DNA from: Camelus ferus
Lineage: Eukaryota
DNA: 64,000 nucleotides
Direction of reading: 5' to 3'
Assembly (NCBI RefSeq): GCF_009834535.1
Contig: NC_045707.1
Span: 50,780,001 to 50,844,000 of the forward strand
Both the position numbers and the translations under genes were made by a program. Positions 51,114 to 64,000 of the stretch are shown one piece after another. The notes beneath the pieces were generated by a model. It saw nothing but the letters and a program-made list of their open reading frames with translations. It was not told the DNA's origin and did no database searches. Every line of letters begins with the position of its first letter. Positions within the stretch are counted from its first letter, which is position 1.

Positions 51114-54100
51114 ATAAGACATACCCCTTTATTTTACAGACAGAGAAACCAAAGCAGTGAATAGATTAAGTGACTTGCCTAAAACCACAAAGTGTGTTCA
51201 CCAAGTTAGAACAAAGACACAGCCTCTCCTTTGTCATTGCTGCCCCCACCTTCCCATGCTGATCCTGCCTCACTGTGCTATTTTCTGTCTGGCTCAGAGG
51301 CCATTTATAGACCTGCCCTAGGAAACAACACATATTTATAGTGTTTGGGCTGATTACTATCTTAATCAGATTGAGGTTTCTACATCACTTTAATTCAAAC
51401 AAGAAAATGCAAAGTTAGATGTCCAAAGTGAACACTGCAGACCCAAATCAATTGTTTAGAGAGGGGACTAGAATAAATCATGACTAAACCCAGCACGTTC
51501 AAAAGGGAGTTAAGATTTTTGGAGACCCTACAGTAGTAATGTGGGCACAAAACGTTTTGCAGAGTGCTTTTGTAGGAATATTTTCAATCTGCTTGCCCAT
51601 GGAAAGTTTGAGAGGGCCAGGGAGCAGCAGCTTTTGAGCCTTCAGAGTTAAAAGCAAGAGGGGAAAGAGACTGGCATTTGCTGTTTGGTTGTGACGGTCG
51701 CTGGGAGAAATTTACTTTCTGTGGTATGGCTCTGGATTCATTGAAATTAGACCAAAAGAGCCATTTTCATTCCGAAGAAATCCTTAATTGACCTAAGGAC
51801 CAGTGTGCCTGGTCCAGATGTGGGGCCACATGAGTCATGGTGAACCCAGCAGGAAAATGTCCTGCAGCTGTATGAGCTTTGACTACATTCATGGGTAAAA
51901 GAATTTAGGCAAGTGCCTGGGAGTCTTGGTTTCTAATATTTCTGTTTTAAATTTGTTGTGTAGCCTTGGCAAACCATGTCACTGCTCCAGGCCTTGGTTT
52001 TCTCATTTATGAAATTGGCGGGCTGGACCTGATGGTCTTCAGTATTTCTTCCACATCTAAACCATTGTGATTCTCAATGGCAAGGATCTAGACTCTTTTG
52101 GCAGCCCAGCCAGGAGGTAAATGCTGGAAGCACAGGAGTAAAGAAAGGAATCCTTTGTGCCTTGGCCATTCATACTTCTCATTCTGGTAAGACTGAGGTT
52201 TGACACACATTAAAAAAAAACAAAACAAAAACAATCAAACTGGGCAGTAATGCTGGTAATTAGACTAGTTGGATTAGAACATGGGGTGAATACTCCTTTG
52301 TGAATATTCCTCAGAAGTCTGATAGTTTTTGAGCCAGGGCTTTGCTCCCTCAGAATCCCTAATGGATATTTTACCCCAACTCATCTGTCGAGAACTCTCT
52401 CACAGCGTGGATACCTACAGTAGGCCCACTAAGGAAGCAGACAGGTGTCTCTCTAGGAATAGCTACCAAATGGAAAAGTAGTGCCAAGTACATCCATGAA
52501 AAAATGTTACAGTATGTTTTATCCACTTTCAGCTTCTAATTCCAAAAAGCTTCTGGTGACTGCTCTTGGAGATTCTCTTCTTCTAAGACTGATACAGGAT
52601 AATATGTCAAATGCTCTCAACTAATAAATCCAGAACAGTTTCTTGAATGAAGCAGGGGATGGAGAAGAGAAAGCAGGCCAGACTTAGCAGGTCCCCAGGG
52701 TGTTTTTGTTTCAACCAGTCCCATTTCTGGGACTGCAGAGGTATTACAGCTCACATCTTGTGAAATTCATATATAGTCTATTTTAAGTTCTCATGTGAAT
52801 ATGTGAATTTTCATTGTTGGTCTTCAGAAGCCATCATCTTTCTAGTTATGTTTAGACTGCTTTTAATTATGGTAGCTTTTATATCGTTTATTTGTTTAGT
52901 TAAATCATTAATTTCGTGCTCATGGTAATTTAAAATTCCTTAGAATTCATAGGTTTTTAACCAAATCTTCTATGATAGTGCCATGCTAGCAGGCCAAGGA
53001 CATTGATTCAGTATCATTGATTTAGTAAGCATTCTGTAATGACACATGTTCTCTCTCTCTCTCTCTCTATATATATATAGTATATGAATAGAAATATGTA
53101 GTATTCTTATATAGTATGTGAGTAGAAAGCATTTGTTGTTCCAGTAGTCCTAAACAGAACTGCTATAATTAACCCAGAAAATATAAGATAGAGGCTACCA
53201 AGAGAGAAGGTAAGAAATTGTGAGAGTGGAGTTAAGGAAAATCCAGACAAGTTTTCCCTTTCAAAGCAAGGACTATATTTCTTTTCGTATGTATATGGGT
53301 GAATAAAACATTAAATTACATGTACTTCAGGAATTTGACAGGTACTGTTTACATCACCTCTTTGACATCCTGTGTGGCTTTATCAACTGTCCTAATCCTT
53401 CACATTCTTCTAGTGAAATAGAGAACATTATTTATATCTTACATTCTTCTAATGTATGTTGTGAGTTAACATTTATATAAAACTATTTGTTTAAAATGGT
53501 CTCTGAAAGATAAAAGAGTGATGATAATGCCTGTTATTAAGGTAAAAGGAAAAATTACAATTTGTGAACTTCACAACTTCTAATTATCCATTTTCTAATC
53601 AGAATCTTGGAAGAGCTGAAAACAAAAAAGACCTATCGTCTCACAGATGAAATATTTAGTTCACTGTGTTTTGTTCTCTCTGCAAATCATTGACTATTTA
53701 ATTAAAAAGAAAATGTGAAATTGCTTGATGTTCTAGTCAAAACTGGTTTCCTTTATTGCAGGCAGACAAGTTAGAACTGGCTGATATTTAATATTGTTTA
53801 CCTCAGCTTTATCTTTAATAAATCTAATAATCTTAAAAAGCTAAAAGATAACTGTTTAAACAAATTAATGGAAAGAAAGAACTTTGAATTGATTGTATAG
53901 TCTCTTCCAAGAAAATTGTAGCAAGAATGAATAATGAATAAAAGATAGTTATAAGACTTTCAGGAAAAACCTTTCAGCAGTGTAGTCTGGAAGTTTATAG
54001 CAAATATCAATGAATTTTTCATAGCTTTGTAAGGGCAGATATTGGGCTGGGATTAAATTGTGGTATTTCCATGATTTAACTGCAGGAATTACAGGTTGAG

Positions 54101-54323
54101 GGTTGAAAATATTACTGGAAAAGTTGATTGTTTGGACTGTTGATTAGGTATGTGAAAACAAGGGTGGGTGGCCAAGGAGGGGTGTAGTCATAGCTAAATA
54201 AGAACTTGTATACAGAATATAAACACAGCGTTCAGTTGAAAACAGAGATAAACAGAAGTGGCAGTAAGCACCCAGAGTTCCCAGTTTAAATATAAGAAAC
54301 ATATAAACAATCTTTTCTACTTT

Positions 54324-54325
<2 letters not shown>

Positions 54326-54398
<73 letters not shown>
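54326..54398. repeat. Long perfect (AC)n microsatellite (about 36 units)
   Basis: Directly visible. Confidence 0.97.
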
Positions 54399-54401
<3 letters not shown>

Positions 54402-55572
54402 GAACCTGTTCATTTACGGCAAAGACCACAGAAACAAAAGGAGTAACAGGGGAATTTGATTTTGGTTCCTACACATCAGAAGATCTGAGAGGACAAGCAA
54501 GCTTATTCACAAAGTAGAGCAAGGACAAGAGTTTGAAAAGATTAATACATGGGATCTGTTTGCCATGAAAAAATCTGCACAACTTCAATGGAATAAACTA
54601 ATTGGTAAAGGCTGTTCTACCACATAAAAACTATTAAGAGAGTATTTACAGAATGTGCTGTTTCCCATATCCTAGGAATCTGCCTTTTGCTGATAGGGCT
54701 GTCTGTCTGTCTGAAGGGAATTCTGAAGGGAATTATCATGGCCTAAATGGAGGGAAACTTGGAGAGCAATTCAGCCCCAAAAGAAAGACTGACAGCTTGT
54801 AAAGAGACTTGTTAATGATGCAAATATGAACTTGCATGTGCTTGAGATAAGCGTTGATTTAACAGAACAAAGAGTTTATTCTGATTATATTTTGGAAACA
54901 CATAGTCTTTGAGATATTGGTTGATGAGTTGAATGAAATGGCCTAATTGAACTAATTCCCCTTTAGAGGTTTGTTTATTTTACTTATCTGAAGCCAGAGC
55001 CAACACTCCCTAAAAGTTTTGAGTGACATTTAATGCTTCCAGAAAATTCAGCTTACCTATCTGTAAATAAACGAGTTTCCTTTTTGGCTGAAATCATAAT
55101 TATGAAAACTGTTCTGTTAAATGAATATAAAATGCCCCTCTTGTATAATTTAGAATGCATAAATTACCTTACCTTCCCCCAGAGAGAGAGATTCTGTTGG
55201 TAAGTAGAGAAATAAAGTTTAGTGGTTTGACTTGTTCTACATGGCATCAGTTACTTTATCTGATTATATTTTTATTACAATATGATTTATAGTAAACTAT
55301 TTAGGATCTTAATAAGCCCAAGACCGTTTTAGCTGTCCCTGATAATTATTCTTCTCACTGTAACATTTTAACGGAGTTAAAAAAATAAATCAGAACCTCC
55401 ACTTAAAAGATCTTTATAAAAGAAAAGATAATGTTATAGTGTATCAAATATGTGAATTTGTGACCAATTATTATATTTTAAGTAATGTCACATTAATTTT
55501 TTAAAAAATTAAAATTCATTCTAAATTCTATTCATTATACTAAGAAGCTTTTCCTAATAATCTAAACCTTTA

Positions 55573-55686
55573 ATTTGGGGGGGGTGGTGGTAATTTGATT
55601 GATTGATTTAATAAAGGTACTGGGGATTGAACCCAGGACCCCTGTATGCTAAGCATGCACTCTACAACTGAGCTGTATCTACCCCC
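55573..55686 (-). mobile_element. tRNA-Ala-derived SINE with a perfect 15-bp target-site duplication
   Basis: tRNA-like body (ggtactggggattgaacccaggacc...actgagctg), flanked by TAATCTAAACCTTTA at 55558-55572 and 55687-55701. Confidence 0.9.
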
Positions 55687-55722
55687 TAATCTAAACCTTT
55701 ATTGATCCACAGCCGTCTATAG

Positions 55723-56300
55723 CAGAGATCAGCAAACTATCCTCTGTAGGCCAGATCCAGTCTGCTGCCTGATTTTGTATGGCCAGCCAGCTGAATTTGT
55801 GTATGTGTGTGTTTTTTTTAAACAACTAGTCTTTTTTTATGTTTGTTTATTGGGGGGGGTGTAAATAGGTCTGTTTGTTTGTTTATTTAATGGAAGTACT
55901 GGGGATGGAACCCAGGATCTCGTGCATGCTAAGCACACCCTCTACCACTGAGCTATACCCTCCCCTCTCTGAGTTTGTGATTTAACAAATGAACATTTAT
56001 AGTATTTGATGATAGAGAATACTTTACACCCCAACTCAAGCAAAATGTTGACCGAAAATAAAGAATTTGATTCTTCTTATTGGTAAACCTGTACTAAAAA
56101 AGAAATTAAATTCAATTATTACCCCAAAGAAACCATATTCAAATATTATTATTACATTTTAAACTCTGTAATCAAAATTTGTGGAAATTCATTTTCTCTT
56201 ATATAAGTGGACCTACACAACATCCTTGATTTTTGCCTCTTGGCATGCAAAGCCTAAAATGTTACCCATCCAGCCCTTTACAGAAAATGTGGAGTCCTGT
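55723..56300. mobile_element. hAT-Charlie DNA element (MER58/Cheshire-like), split by a SINE
   Basis: Left end cagagatcagcaaactat...ggccagatccagtctgctgcctgattttgta; right end aaagcctaaaatgttacccatccagccctttacagaaaa. Confidence 0.7.
55802..55968 (-). mobile_element. tRNA-Ala-derived SINE nested in a hAT element
   Basis: tggaagtactggggatggaacccaggatctcgtgcatgctaagc...ctctaccactgagctataccctcccc; candidate TSD ctgaatttgtg (55791) and ctgagtttgtg (55969). Confidence 0.85.
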
Positions 56301-57353
56301 TACGGAGCGTTTTTTCTCATTCACTTTTTATTCGCTCCTACATCAGTTCAGCAATTAGTTTCTCAGCAACTCCCATATCACAGACACTGTTCTAGACCCT
56401 AGAGGACACCACAGGGAACAAGATTTTATAAAAGTAATGCCTTCATGGAACTTTTATTCAAATGATGTACATTATCTCCTCACAACTACCTTGTTTCACT
56501 ATTCCCGTTCTATAGAGAAGTAGAATGAGGTTCAGAGAATTTATGTTGCTTGCCTGGAGCCTCTCAGCCAGAATTGAGCCCAGTTGTGCCTGACTCCAAG
56601 TCTAAAGCTTCTAAGCAGTGTGCAGGGCTGGCTTCATGAGTGGGCTTCTATGCTTGATTTTATGCTCTGCTGTCACGGTCTTGAAACTCTTCATTGGTTT
56701 TTTTTTTTTTTTTTGAACAAGTTTTTCAACAATAAATTTCCCTTTTGTCCCTGGCCTCACAAATTTTGTAGCTGGTCCTGCCACTAAGGCAAAAGTGCTT
56801 CTCAGACTACATTCTGCCAGGGCTTTTTTTCTTTTTTAAACACTCACATGGATTCATCTATGAAGAAGCCTTAAAATCTATCAAGGTCTTTAAAAAATAA
56901 GCTATTATTAATCTACTGATTTATATTCCAGTTTACCAAAAGACCAGAAGTTCCTTGGGGGCCAGGACTCTCTCCCACAATAATTTTTTTCTGTAATTTC
57001 CTCTGGGCCCAAAGTTCTTTTAAGAACATCGTGAGTAAACAATAAATATTCTTCAGTAGAATTAAATTCATTAGTATCTGAACCTTGTCAAGGGTTCTAC
57101 CTTGTCTTAATTTTATTTCCATGGAGAGCAAAATCTTTACCATCAACACTTTCCTCTGATCTTTATGCATTTGTACATTTTGAAAGAGATGTTAGATATG
57201 AGTTAAACAAAACAGAAGAACTGACCTGTTCTGATATAGGGAAATCCTTTGTCCAGCAGTCAATGACTGAAACATTGATGGCTTTGAAGGATGCTCCAAA
57301 TTTACTGTACTTAAAATAGACGCTTTATCTGCCTTTCTTTCAATTTCTTGCAG

Positions 57354-57524
57354 CCTAGTCACTGTTGGATAAGCGAGATGGTGGCACAGTTGTCAGTCAG
57401 CTTGACTGATCTTCTGGACAAGTTTTCAAATATTTCTGAAGGCTTGAGTAATTATTCCATCATAGACAAACTTGTGAAAATAGTCGATGACCTTGTGGAG
57501 TGCATGGAAGAACACTCATTTGAG
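57354..57524 (+). CDS. KITLG: KITLG exon 4 ([57 protein letters not shown]); Cys43, Cys89, N-glycosylation sequons N65 and N72
   Basis: Acceptor caatttcttgcag, 171 nt, donor gtaacc. It lies inside ORF 57348..57566. Confidence 0.97.
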
Positions 57525-58019
57525 GTAACCTTGTATTCATTGGCATTACTTTTTACTATTCTCTAAAACCTGTGCTGATTGGTGGTGGCAGGGGTGGAGG
57601 AAGTGTATTTCTGAGATTTTTAATTTATCAATTTTTAATTTAAAAATGTTTTAAGATGAGCACAGAAAATAAGTGTCTGTAGTTATACCACTGTACTGAA
57701 ATATCCACTGAGACAATTAAATGTTGTCACTTGATATAAAAATAAAATTTATTTGCAGTACAATGTAAAGACAACCTTGACTTGATCTATATTTCACAGG
57801 TGAGTAATGGTACCATCACCTGCCTATTAGGTACAAATGTTAATTTACCTTTAAATGAAAATTGTCTAGAATGAACACTTACACTTGACCTCTTATCCAC
57901 AGTAATTACATTACAGTAATGAAGTATATTTTAACATCTTCAAGTCACTTGATGATTCGTTGTCACCACCGTCAGAATATGGGCATGGCAGTGCTTTGGG
58001 TCCTAAGCATATTGAAGAG

Positions 58020-58230
58020 GCAGTGTATCCCTGGAGGTTAAGAATGAGGTGTTGGAGTTCAAATCCTGGCTGCATCAGTGATTAGCTTTATCAGCTTAAC
58101 CCCTCTATGCTCACTTTCTTTGTGCCTAAAATGGGTACAATGAGAGGCTTCGTCGCACAGAGTTGACATTAGATGATTCGTGACGAGTACTTTAGCCCTG
58201 AACCTGGCAAAGTAAGTGTTAAGAAGTATT
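58020..58230 (+). mobile_element. MIR SINE
   Basis: gcagtgtatccctggaggttaagaatg...gttcaaatcctggctgcatc...cttaacccctctatgctcactttct. Confidence 0.6.
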
Positions 58231-58949
58231 TTTATTATTTTATATACTATAGCTTATAATAAAATAGGTCTTAGGACACCTACTTTGGCATAGAGTTCAC
58301 AAGCCAAGGTTTAACCTACAGGCATCCTAGAATTTTAAACCTAAGGTTTTAAACATGATTCTGTGCAGGAATACTCAAATACTCTCTCCCCATCCAAATG
58401 CCAGTTACCCTTTAAGACCCAGCATCAGTTCTACTTGTGCTCGCCAGTCTCAGAATTCTCATCATGCCAATAACCTAATCACTGTATTTCATCACTTCTA
58501 CTGCTTTACTTTCTAAGTTCTGAATCAGAATGTATCTTACAATCAATGACATCTTAGAGTTAACATCTTTTTTATATCATATTAGTACAACTAGTGTGCT
58601 AATGGCATTGGTAAGAAGTAGAGGTCACAAAAAGCAGGGGATATCAGACAAGGTGTCATGGAGGAAAAAACATACCCACTGGGGCCTGAAAGGTGAGTTA
58701 GGTGTTCAGTAAACGGCAATGTCAGGAAGAGGATTCCAGTTACTGAAGAACATACGTTTACTAATCATGGCACTTTGGCTGGAACCCAGGAGATTCATCC
58801 CAGGTGGTACTTCGCAGTTGTTTTAAGTTAATCTTGAGTTACTATACATTACTCACTCAGAGTAGTGCCTAGTTAAGTGCTACATAGGTGTTAACGCTTA
58901 TTATTACCTACTTTTCTTTATAGATAATCCTGTATTTCTGAATTCCTAA

Positions 58950-59340
58950 AATATAGCTTTGATTTGTTTTAGAGACTTAATGGAAAATTTTTTATTCTTT
59001 TGTGACTTGCTTCTTTCACTCACCATTATGTTTATAAGATATATCCACATTGATGCATATAGCTGTAGATAATTTTTTTAATAGTGCATTCCACTGATTC
59101 AGTATACCCCAGTTATTAAACCAATCTCCTGTTGATTGATGTAAGAACTTTTTTATGTGCTTCCCAGTGCATTTGTGCATGAGCTTCCCTTCCCAGGGTA
59201 TTTACCTAGGAGTGGGATTTCTGGGTCACAGGATGGGCACATGTCCAATTTTACTAGGTAATATCAAATATGCCAATTTATGCCATTCCACCAGAAAGAG
59301 ATCCTTCTGTTCAGTGTTTCTGCCAGTATTATACTTCTTA
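58950..59340 (-). mobile_element. Old L1 (L1ME-like) fragment
   Basis: ttttgtgacttgcttctttcactcaccattatgttt...tacctaggagtgggatttctgggtca. Confidence 0.65.
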
Positions 59341-59718
59341 ATTCTTGGTAATTATTTGGAGCACGTGTTATGGAGGGGTATTTTTTTTTTAATGAGGAAT
59401 AATAATTTTAATGAGCATCTCTAAAGAACAGTGTCTGTAATTTGTTGTTAGGATTATTTCATTGTTATGACATTGTATTCACCTTACTCACCCCCCACCA
59501 CCACCCTCTTCCTTTTATCTGGAGTTGAGCCCCAGACTGAACTGGATGGGATCACCTACCCTGAAGTACCAGTTTGAATTATGTATGTTAAAACGGTTGT
59601 CTAAAAATGTTAGTTTCACTTGGATCTTTGAAGGATGTATTTATAGCCTGTTACCTTGACATCAGTTAAATCTGTAGATTATTTGAGAAATATAATCCTG
59701 GTTTTTTTCTTCTTCCAG

Positions 59719-59878
59719 AATGTAAAAAAATCATCTAAGAGCCCAGAACCCAGGCTGTTTACTCCTGAAAAATTCTTTGGAATTTTTAATAGATCCATTG
59801 ATGCCTTCAAGGATTTGGAGATGGCGGCATCTAAAACTAGTGAATGTGTGATTTCTTCAACATTAAGTCCTGAAAAAG
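59719..59878 (+). CDS. KITLG: KITLG exon 5 ([53 protein letters not shown]); sequon N120, Cys139
   Basis: Acceptor ttttcttcttccag, 160 nt (phase 1 end), donor gtaaga. It lies inside ORF 59656..59925. Confidence 0.97.
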
Positions 59879-60579
59879 GTAAGATATATAAGCATTTCTA
59901 TTATAAATGTAAAAAGCAAGCTTGACTCTTACATGTGTAGGTAAGAATCTACCTCTGACTCAAATATATGTGTAGCTAGAGAAAGATGTATGTGTGTATG
60001 TCTGATATAAAAGCAAATATTAGTGACATGAAAGAAATGAACAGTTGTAGATTTGGTGGTGTCCAAGCCAAAACACTCATCATTTTCAAATTATAGGATT
60101 GTGCATGAGTAAACAATATATGACATAGTCACTCCTATTTTTGTCTAATATTTGCTAATAATGTACAGTTATATTATTTTTCACCTCCAGTCTTCTTAAT
60201 GTCCCCTTCTCAGATCTTTTCCTTAGGAGTCTAACTCTGAGTCATGAATTCTGATGTCCACCAGTTACCCTGTACAGACTTTCCCCCTCATTGTTCCTAT
60301 ACTACAAAATTTTTAATTTCATTACCTTTTTTTTTTTTGAAAAAAACAACCAGTTACCAACAATTTGTGTTACTTACATTTTTAGCATGTGTAGGCAGTG
60401 TATCTTTGTTCTATAAGGTGACTGTGGTGAATTTCTTAATAAATAGAATAGCAGGACCCAGTATGAAATAAATAGGATCTGGATAATCTAGATTTGGAAA
60501 GTGGACCTGGAAAGTACTCTGGTATTGCACTTCACTTTTGAGGGCTCTGTAATTTATGTAAATCGCCATGCAACACTGA

Positions 60580-60705
<126 letters not shown>

Positions 60706-60708
60706 TAA

Positions 60709-60750
60709 TGCATGCATGGCTCCAATTAGCATCTGTAGGAGTATTGCATG
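60709..60750 (+). promoter_or_regulatory. Cluster of RBFOX-type UGCAUG intronic splicing motifs downstream of exon 6
   Basis: TGCATG at 60709, 60713 (overlapping the first) and 60745. Confidence 0.65.
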
Positions 60751-61779
60751 GGCTTTAAAGGAAATTTCTACAATCATTACTATAAATACTGTTCTCTTAC
60801 TATTCTTCCTGTTACGGTCTTCCTGAGAATTAAATATTAGGTTTGTACCATTGGGTTTCCCTATAGCTAGAGATAATGTTTAGAGAATTGGGGCAATAAA
60901 TACTCTGCTAAGATTATTTTAAATAAGACATGAAATTGCTTTTAGACATATGATTTAAGTCATTTTCATTGTTGACTTAAAATATATCTCACTATGGAAT
61001 TTGCCAGACAAAAATGGAATTTTAAAATGGAAAGTACAAATGTTGGTTGTATAAAATTCCAAGGATATCTTCAGTTTTGTATATATTGGTATTTACTGTT
61101 GTGTGTTTGGAAATTTGGTGATTTTGTTATTTTACTACAAAATCATATGTTGGGGAGAGTATGCTTCTTTTTCCGAAATTTCTGTCCTCCTTGGTGAAGA
61201 ATCCAGTTTCATGGACATCTATTGTCCTCTTTTCAAATGCAGGCAAAGTTTACTATAGTGGTCATTGGATTTACTAAATATTCTGACACTCTAGTCTCAT
61301 GGAAACTGTAAGAGGAAAAAACTTCATCCTGTGACCTTACCTAAGTCATCCCTTAAGACTTAGTAATGGGGTACTCTCATGTTCAAGAACATCAAACACC
61401 TATCTGTAAAAAGGAGTAATCAATTTAATCTAAATCCACAATAGCAATGCTACAATTCAGAAATTAAAAGAAAAACCTCTAAAATTCAATTTGTTTTAGA
61501 ATGTTTGCCACCAAAACCTGACCTGAATTGTGATGAGGCTATTTATAGTCTTTATCCTTCTAAAAGTGAATATTTGTGCATTTCACTAAGAAATATTAAC
61601 ATGTTTGATTATAGGGTGCTACCCAGACCTCATTGCGGATATTATGTAATGTACGATACTCCTAGGACAAAACATTCTAAAACCTAAAATTCTGAATCAT
61701 GTAACACATTGGATCTGAAAAGTTTTGAAAAGGTGCTTTGTGTGTGTTAGGCACTAAAGGTCTTTCCTACTAACTATGA

Positions 61780-63064
61780 ATTTTATTAATCTTTCCAAAG
61801 AAGCAATTTTTGGCTTCTTAAATTCTGTTTGTATTTCATTGATTTCTAATCCTATTTTTATTATTCCCCTACTTCTACTTAGGGTTTAATTTGCTCAACT
61901 TATTCTAGCTTCTTAAGATTCTTAAGGTAGAAAAAAAATAGATCATTGATTCTAAACCATTCTTTTCTAATATAAGCAGTTAGAGGTATAAATTTCCTTG
62001 TAAGGAGCATTAGCGGTATTCCACATTTTTTTTTTTTGATCTGTTGTATTTCCATTATTATTTCTTCAAAATATTTTTAACTCTCCTTGTGATTTCTTCT
62101 TTGATTCATCGGTAATATAAAAATGGGTTCTTTTTTGTCTAAAAATATGTGGTTTTTCTAGGTATCTTGTTATTGGTTTTTAAATTAATTCCATTACTGT
62201 CAGAGAATAAACACTGTAAACTTCTGAAATTGGCTGAGGCTTATAAGTATTATTCTAGTATAGAGTTTAGCATTCTTAAATTTGATCCAAGAGATTTATT
62301 GTATTCTTCAGATCTTCTATATCCTTACTAAACTTTTTGTCTAATTTTTTTTATCACCTACTGAGACAAGGGCATTAAAAATCTTTCATTTTGATTGTGG
62401 ATTTGGTTATTTCTCCTTTTTGTTCTGAGATTTTTGCTTCATATATTTTGCAGCTCTATTATTATGTGCTTATAGTTTTATTATTATTATGTCTTCCCTG
62501 ATTAATTGACCTTCATATCTTACTGAAATATCCCTCATTACCTCTGGTAGCGCTCTTGTCTTGAGGTATATTTCATCTGACATTAGTAGAGCCAGCCTTT
62601 CTTACGCTTACTGTTTTCATGCATATCATTTTGCTTTTACCTATTGCCTTTATTTTAAAAGTACATCTCTAGGAGACAGGATATAGTTGCGCCTTGCTAT
62701 TTTACCTAGTCTTTTCCTTAGAATGTTTCATCCATTTGTATTTAATACAGTTGTTGGGGTATGATTGGATGTGTGTCTATCATTTTATTGGCCCCAGTTT
62801 TTATTTATCCACTGTTCCTACTTTCCAGCCCTCTTTTGTATTGATTTTTGTTTGTTTGTTTTCTATTTTAATTACTCTGTTGGCTTTTTAATAGCACCTC
62901 TTGCCATTATTTTGTGGTTGCTTTAGGAACTACAACATACATCTTGTAACATTCTGCTTAATGTTGTAGCACTTCAGAAAAAAATAAGAACTTTGAAACA
63001 GGATAGTTCCACTTGCCCACAACCATCTTTTGTGCTGTGTGTCATATATATACACATATACATA

Positions 63065-63098
<34 letters not shown>

Positions 63099-63123
63099 TT
63101 TACAATATATCTATGTATGTATG

Positions 63124-63172
<49 letters not shown>

Positions 63173-64000
63173 CACATATATATGTAGATTATAAACCCCA
63201 CATTTCAATCTGAAAATTATTGCTTTAAACCAAATGTATTCTAAAGAAAGTAAGAGTAGAGAAAAATTCTTTTATATTTATCCACATGTTTATTATTTCT
63301 TGTTACTACTCATTCCCTCTTGTAAATCCAAGTTTCTGTCTAGTGTTAATTCCTTTCTGGCTGAAGAACTTCCTTTAGCATTTCTTGTAGTACAGATCTG
63401 CTGCCAACAAAAAATGTTTTTATCCTTTTAATTGAAAAACATCTTTGTCTTCAGTATTGCAGCTACTTTTTACTAGAAATGGAATTCTGGAAATTTTTTT
63501 TTTAGTTCTTTAAAGATGTCACTCCATCGTCTTCTTGCTTCTATTGTTTCTGACAGAAAGGCAGTCAGCATTTGCATTATGTTTTTCTTTTTATGTTCTA
63601 GGTCATTTTCCCCCTTCTGCCTTTCAAAATGTTCTTTTTAGGATTTTAAATAAGATGAGCCTAGGAATGGTTTTCTTGTTGCTTGTCAAGCTTCCTGGAT
63701 ATGCAGGCTTATTTTCCTCGAACTCTGGGAAAATTTGGCCATAACTTTTTCTTAATTCTCATCTCCCACTGAGAGGAATCACACACACATATATATCACA
63801 CATATGCCAATTCCACATGTATTGGGTAGTTTGATAATATCAGTCTCACATATCATGGAGGTTTTGGTCATTTTTTTTTCAACTTTTCTTCTTTCTAGTT
63901 TTCAAAATGAATAATATCAATCTACCTGTTTTCAAGTTCCCTGGCTTTTCTGCCAGTCTCTAATCTGCTGAATTTCTTTTCCAGTAATTATTTTCTTTTG
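61780..64000 (-). mobile_element. Old degenerate L1 (L1M-type, ORF2-proximal), antisense, running off the window end
   Basis: T-rich antisense L1 texture (ttagggtttaatttgctc...ttctagcttcttaag; tataaatttcc; ttgtggatttggttatttctccttt; ctgaagaacttcctttagcatttcttgtagtacagatctgct). Confidence 0.7.
63045..63185. repeat. Compound (AC)n/(ATGT)n/(AT)n microsatellite
   Basis: Directly visible. It is the source of the YIYI and THTH ORFs. Confidence 0.95.

Noticed and set aside
62930..63213. ORFs with YIYI, THTH or VCVC runs (also 54144-54446 and 710-901)
   Set aside because: Microsatellite translations.
60761..64000. KITLG exon 7 (transmembrane region)
   Set aside because: I found no sequence encoding the expected juxtamembrane or transmembrane segment. 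The region is mostly old L1, so the gene continues beyond the window.

Overview
This window is mammalian genomic DNA, not microbial. It holds the 5' part of KITLG (KIT ligand / stem cell factor) on the + strand. It starts in the GC-rich 5' UTR and contains coding exons 1-6 at 191-205, 34338-34451, 43808-43870, 57354-57524, 59719-59878 and 60602-60685, all with GT..AG boundaries. The transmembrane and cytoplasmic exons lie beyond the window. The spliced protein ([78 protein letters not shown]...[32 protein letters not shown]) resembles cetartiodactyl SCF, and tRNA-Ala-derived SINEs suggest a camelid (inference). The introns contain ordinary repeats (L1, L2, MIR, MaLR LTRs, Tigger/hAT elements, microsatellites), and almost all ORFs in the supplied track are spurious. 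I found no evidence of a new protein-coding system. The most interesting signals are regulatory: (1) a 65-bp tandem duplication about 20 kb into intron 1 in which each copy carries a p53 response element and the differences in the first half-site keep the consensus; (2) three upstream AUGs, one in each frame, ahead of a weak main AUG; (3) three RBFOX (UGCAUG) motifs just downstream of alternatively spliced exon 6. Repeat family names and boundaries were assigned by eye and are approximate.
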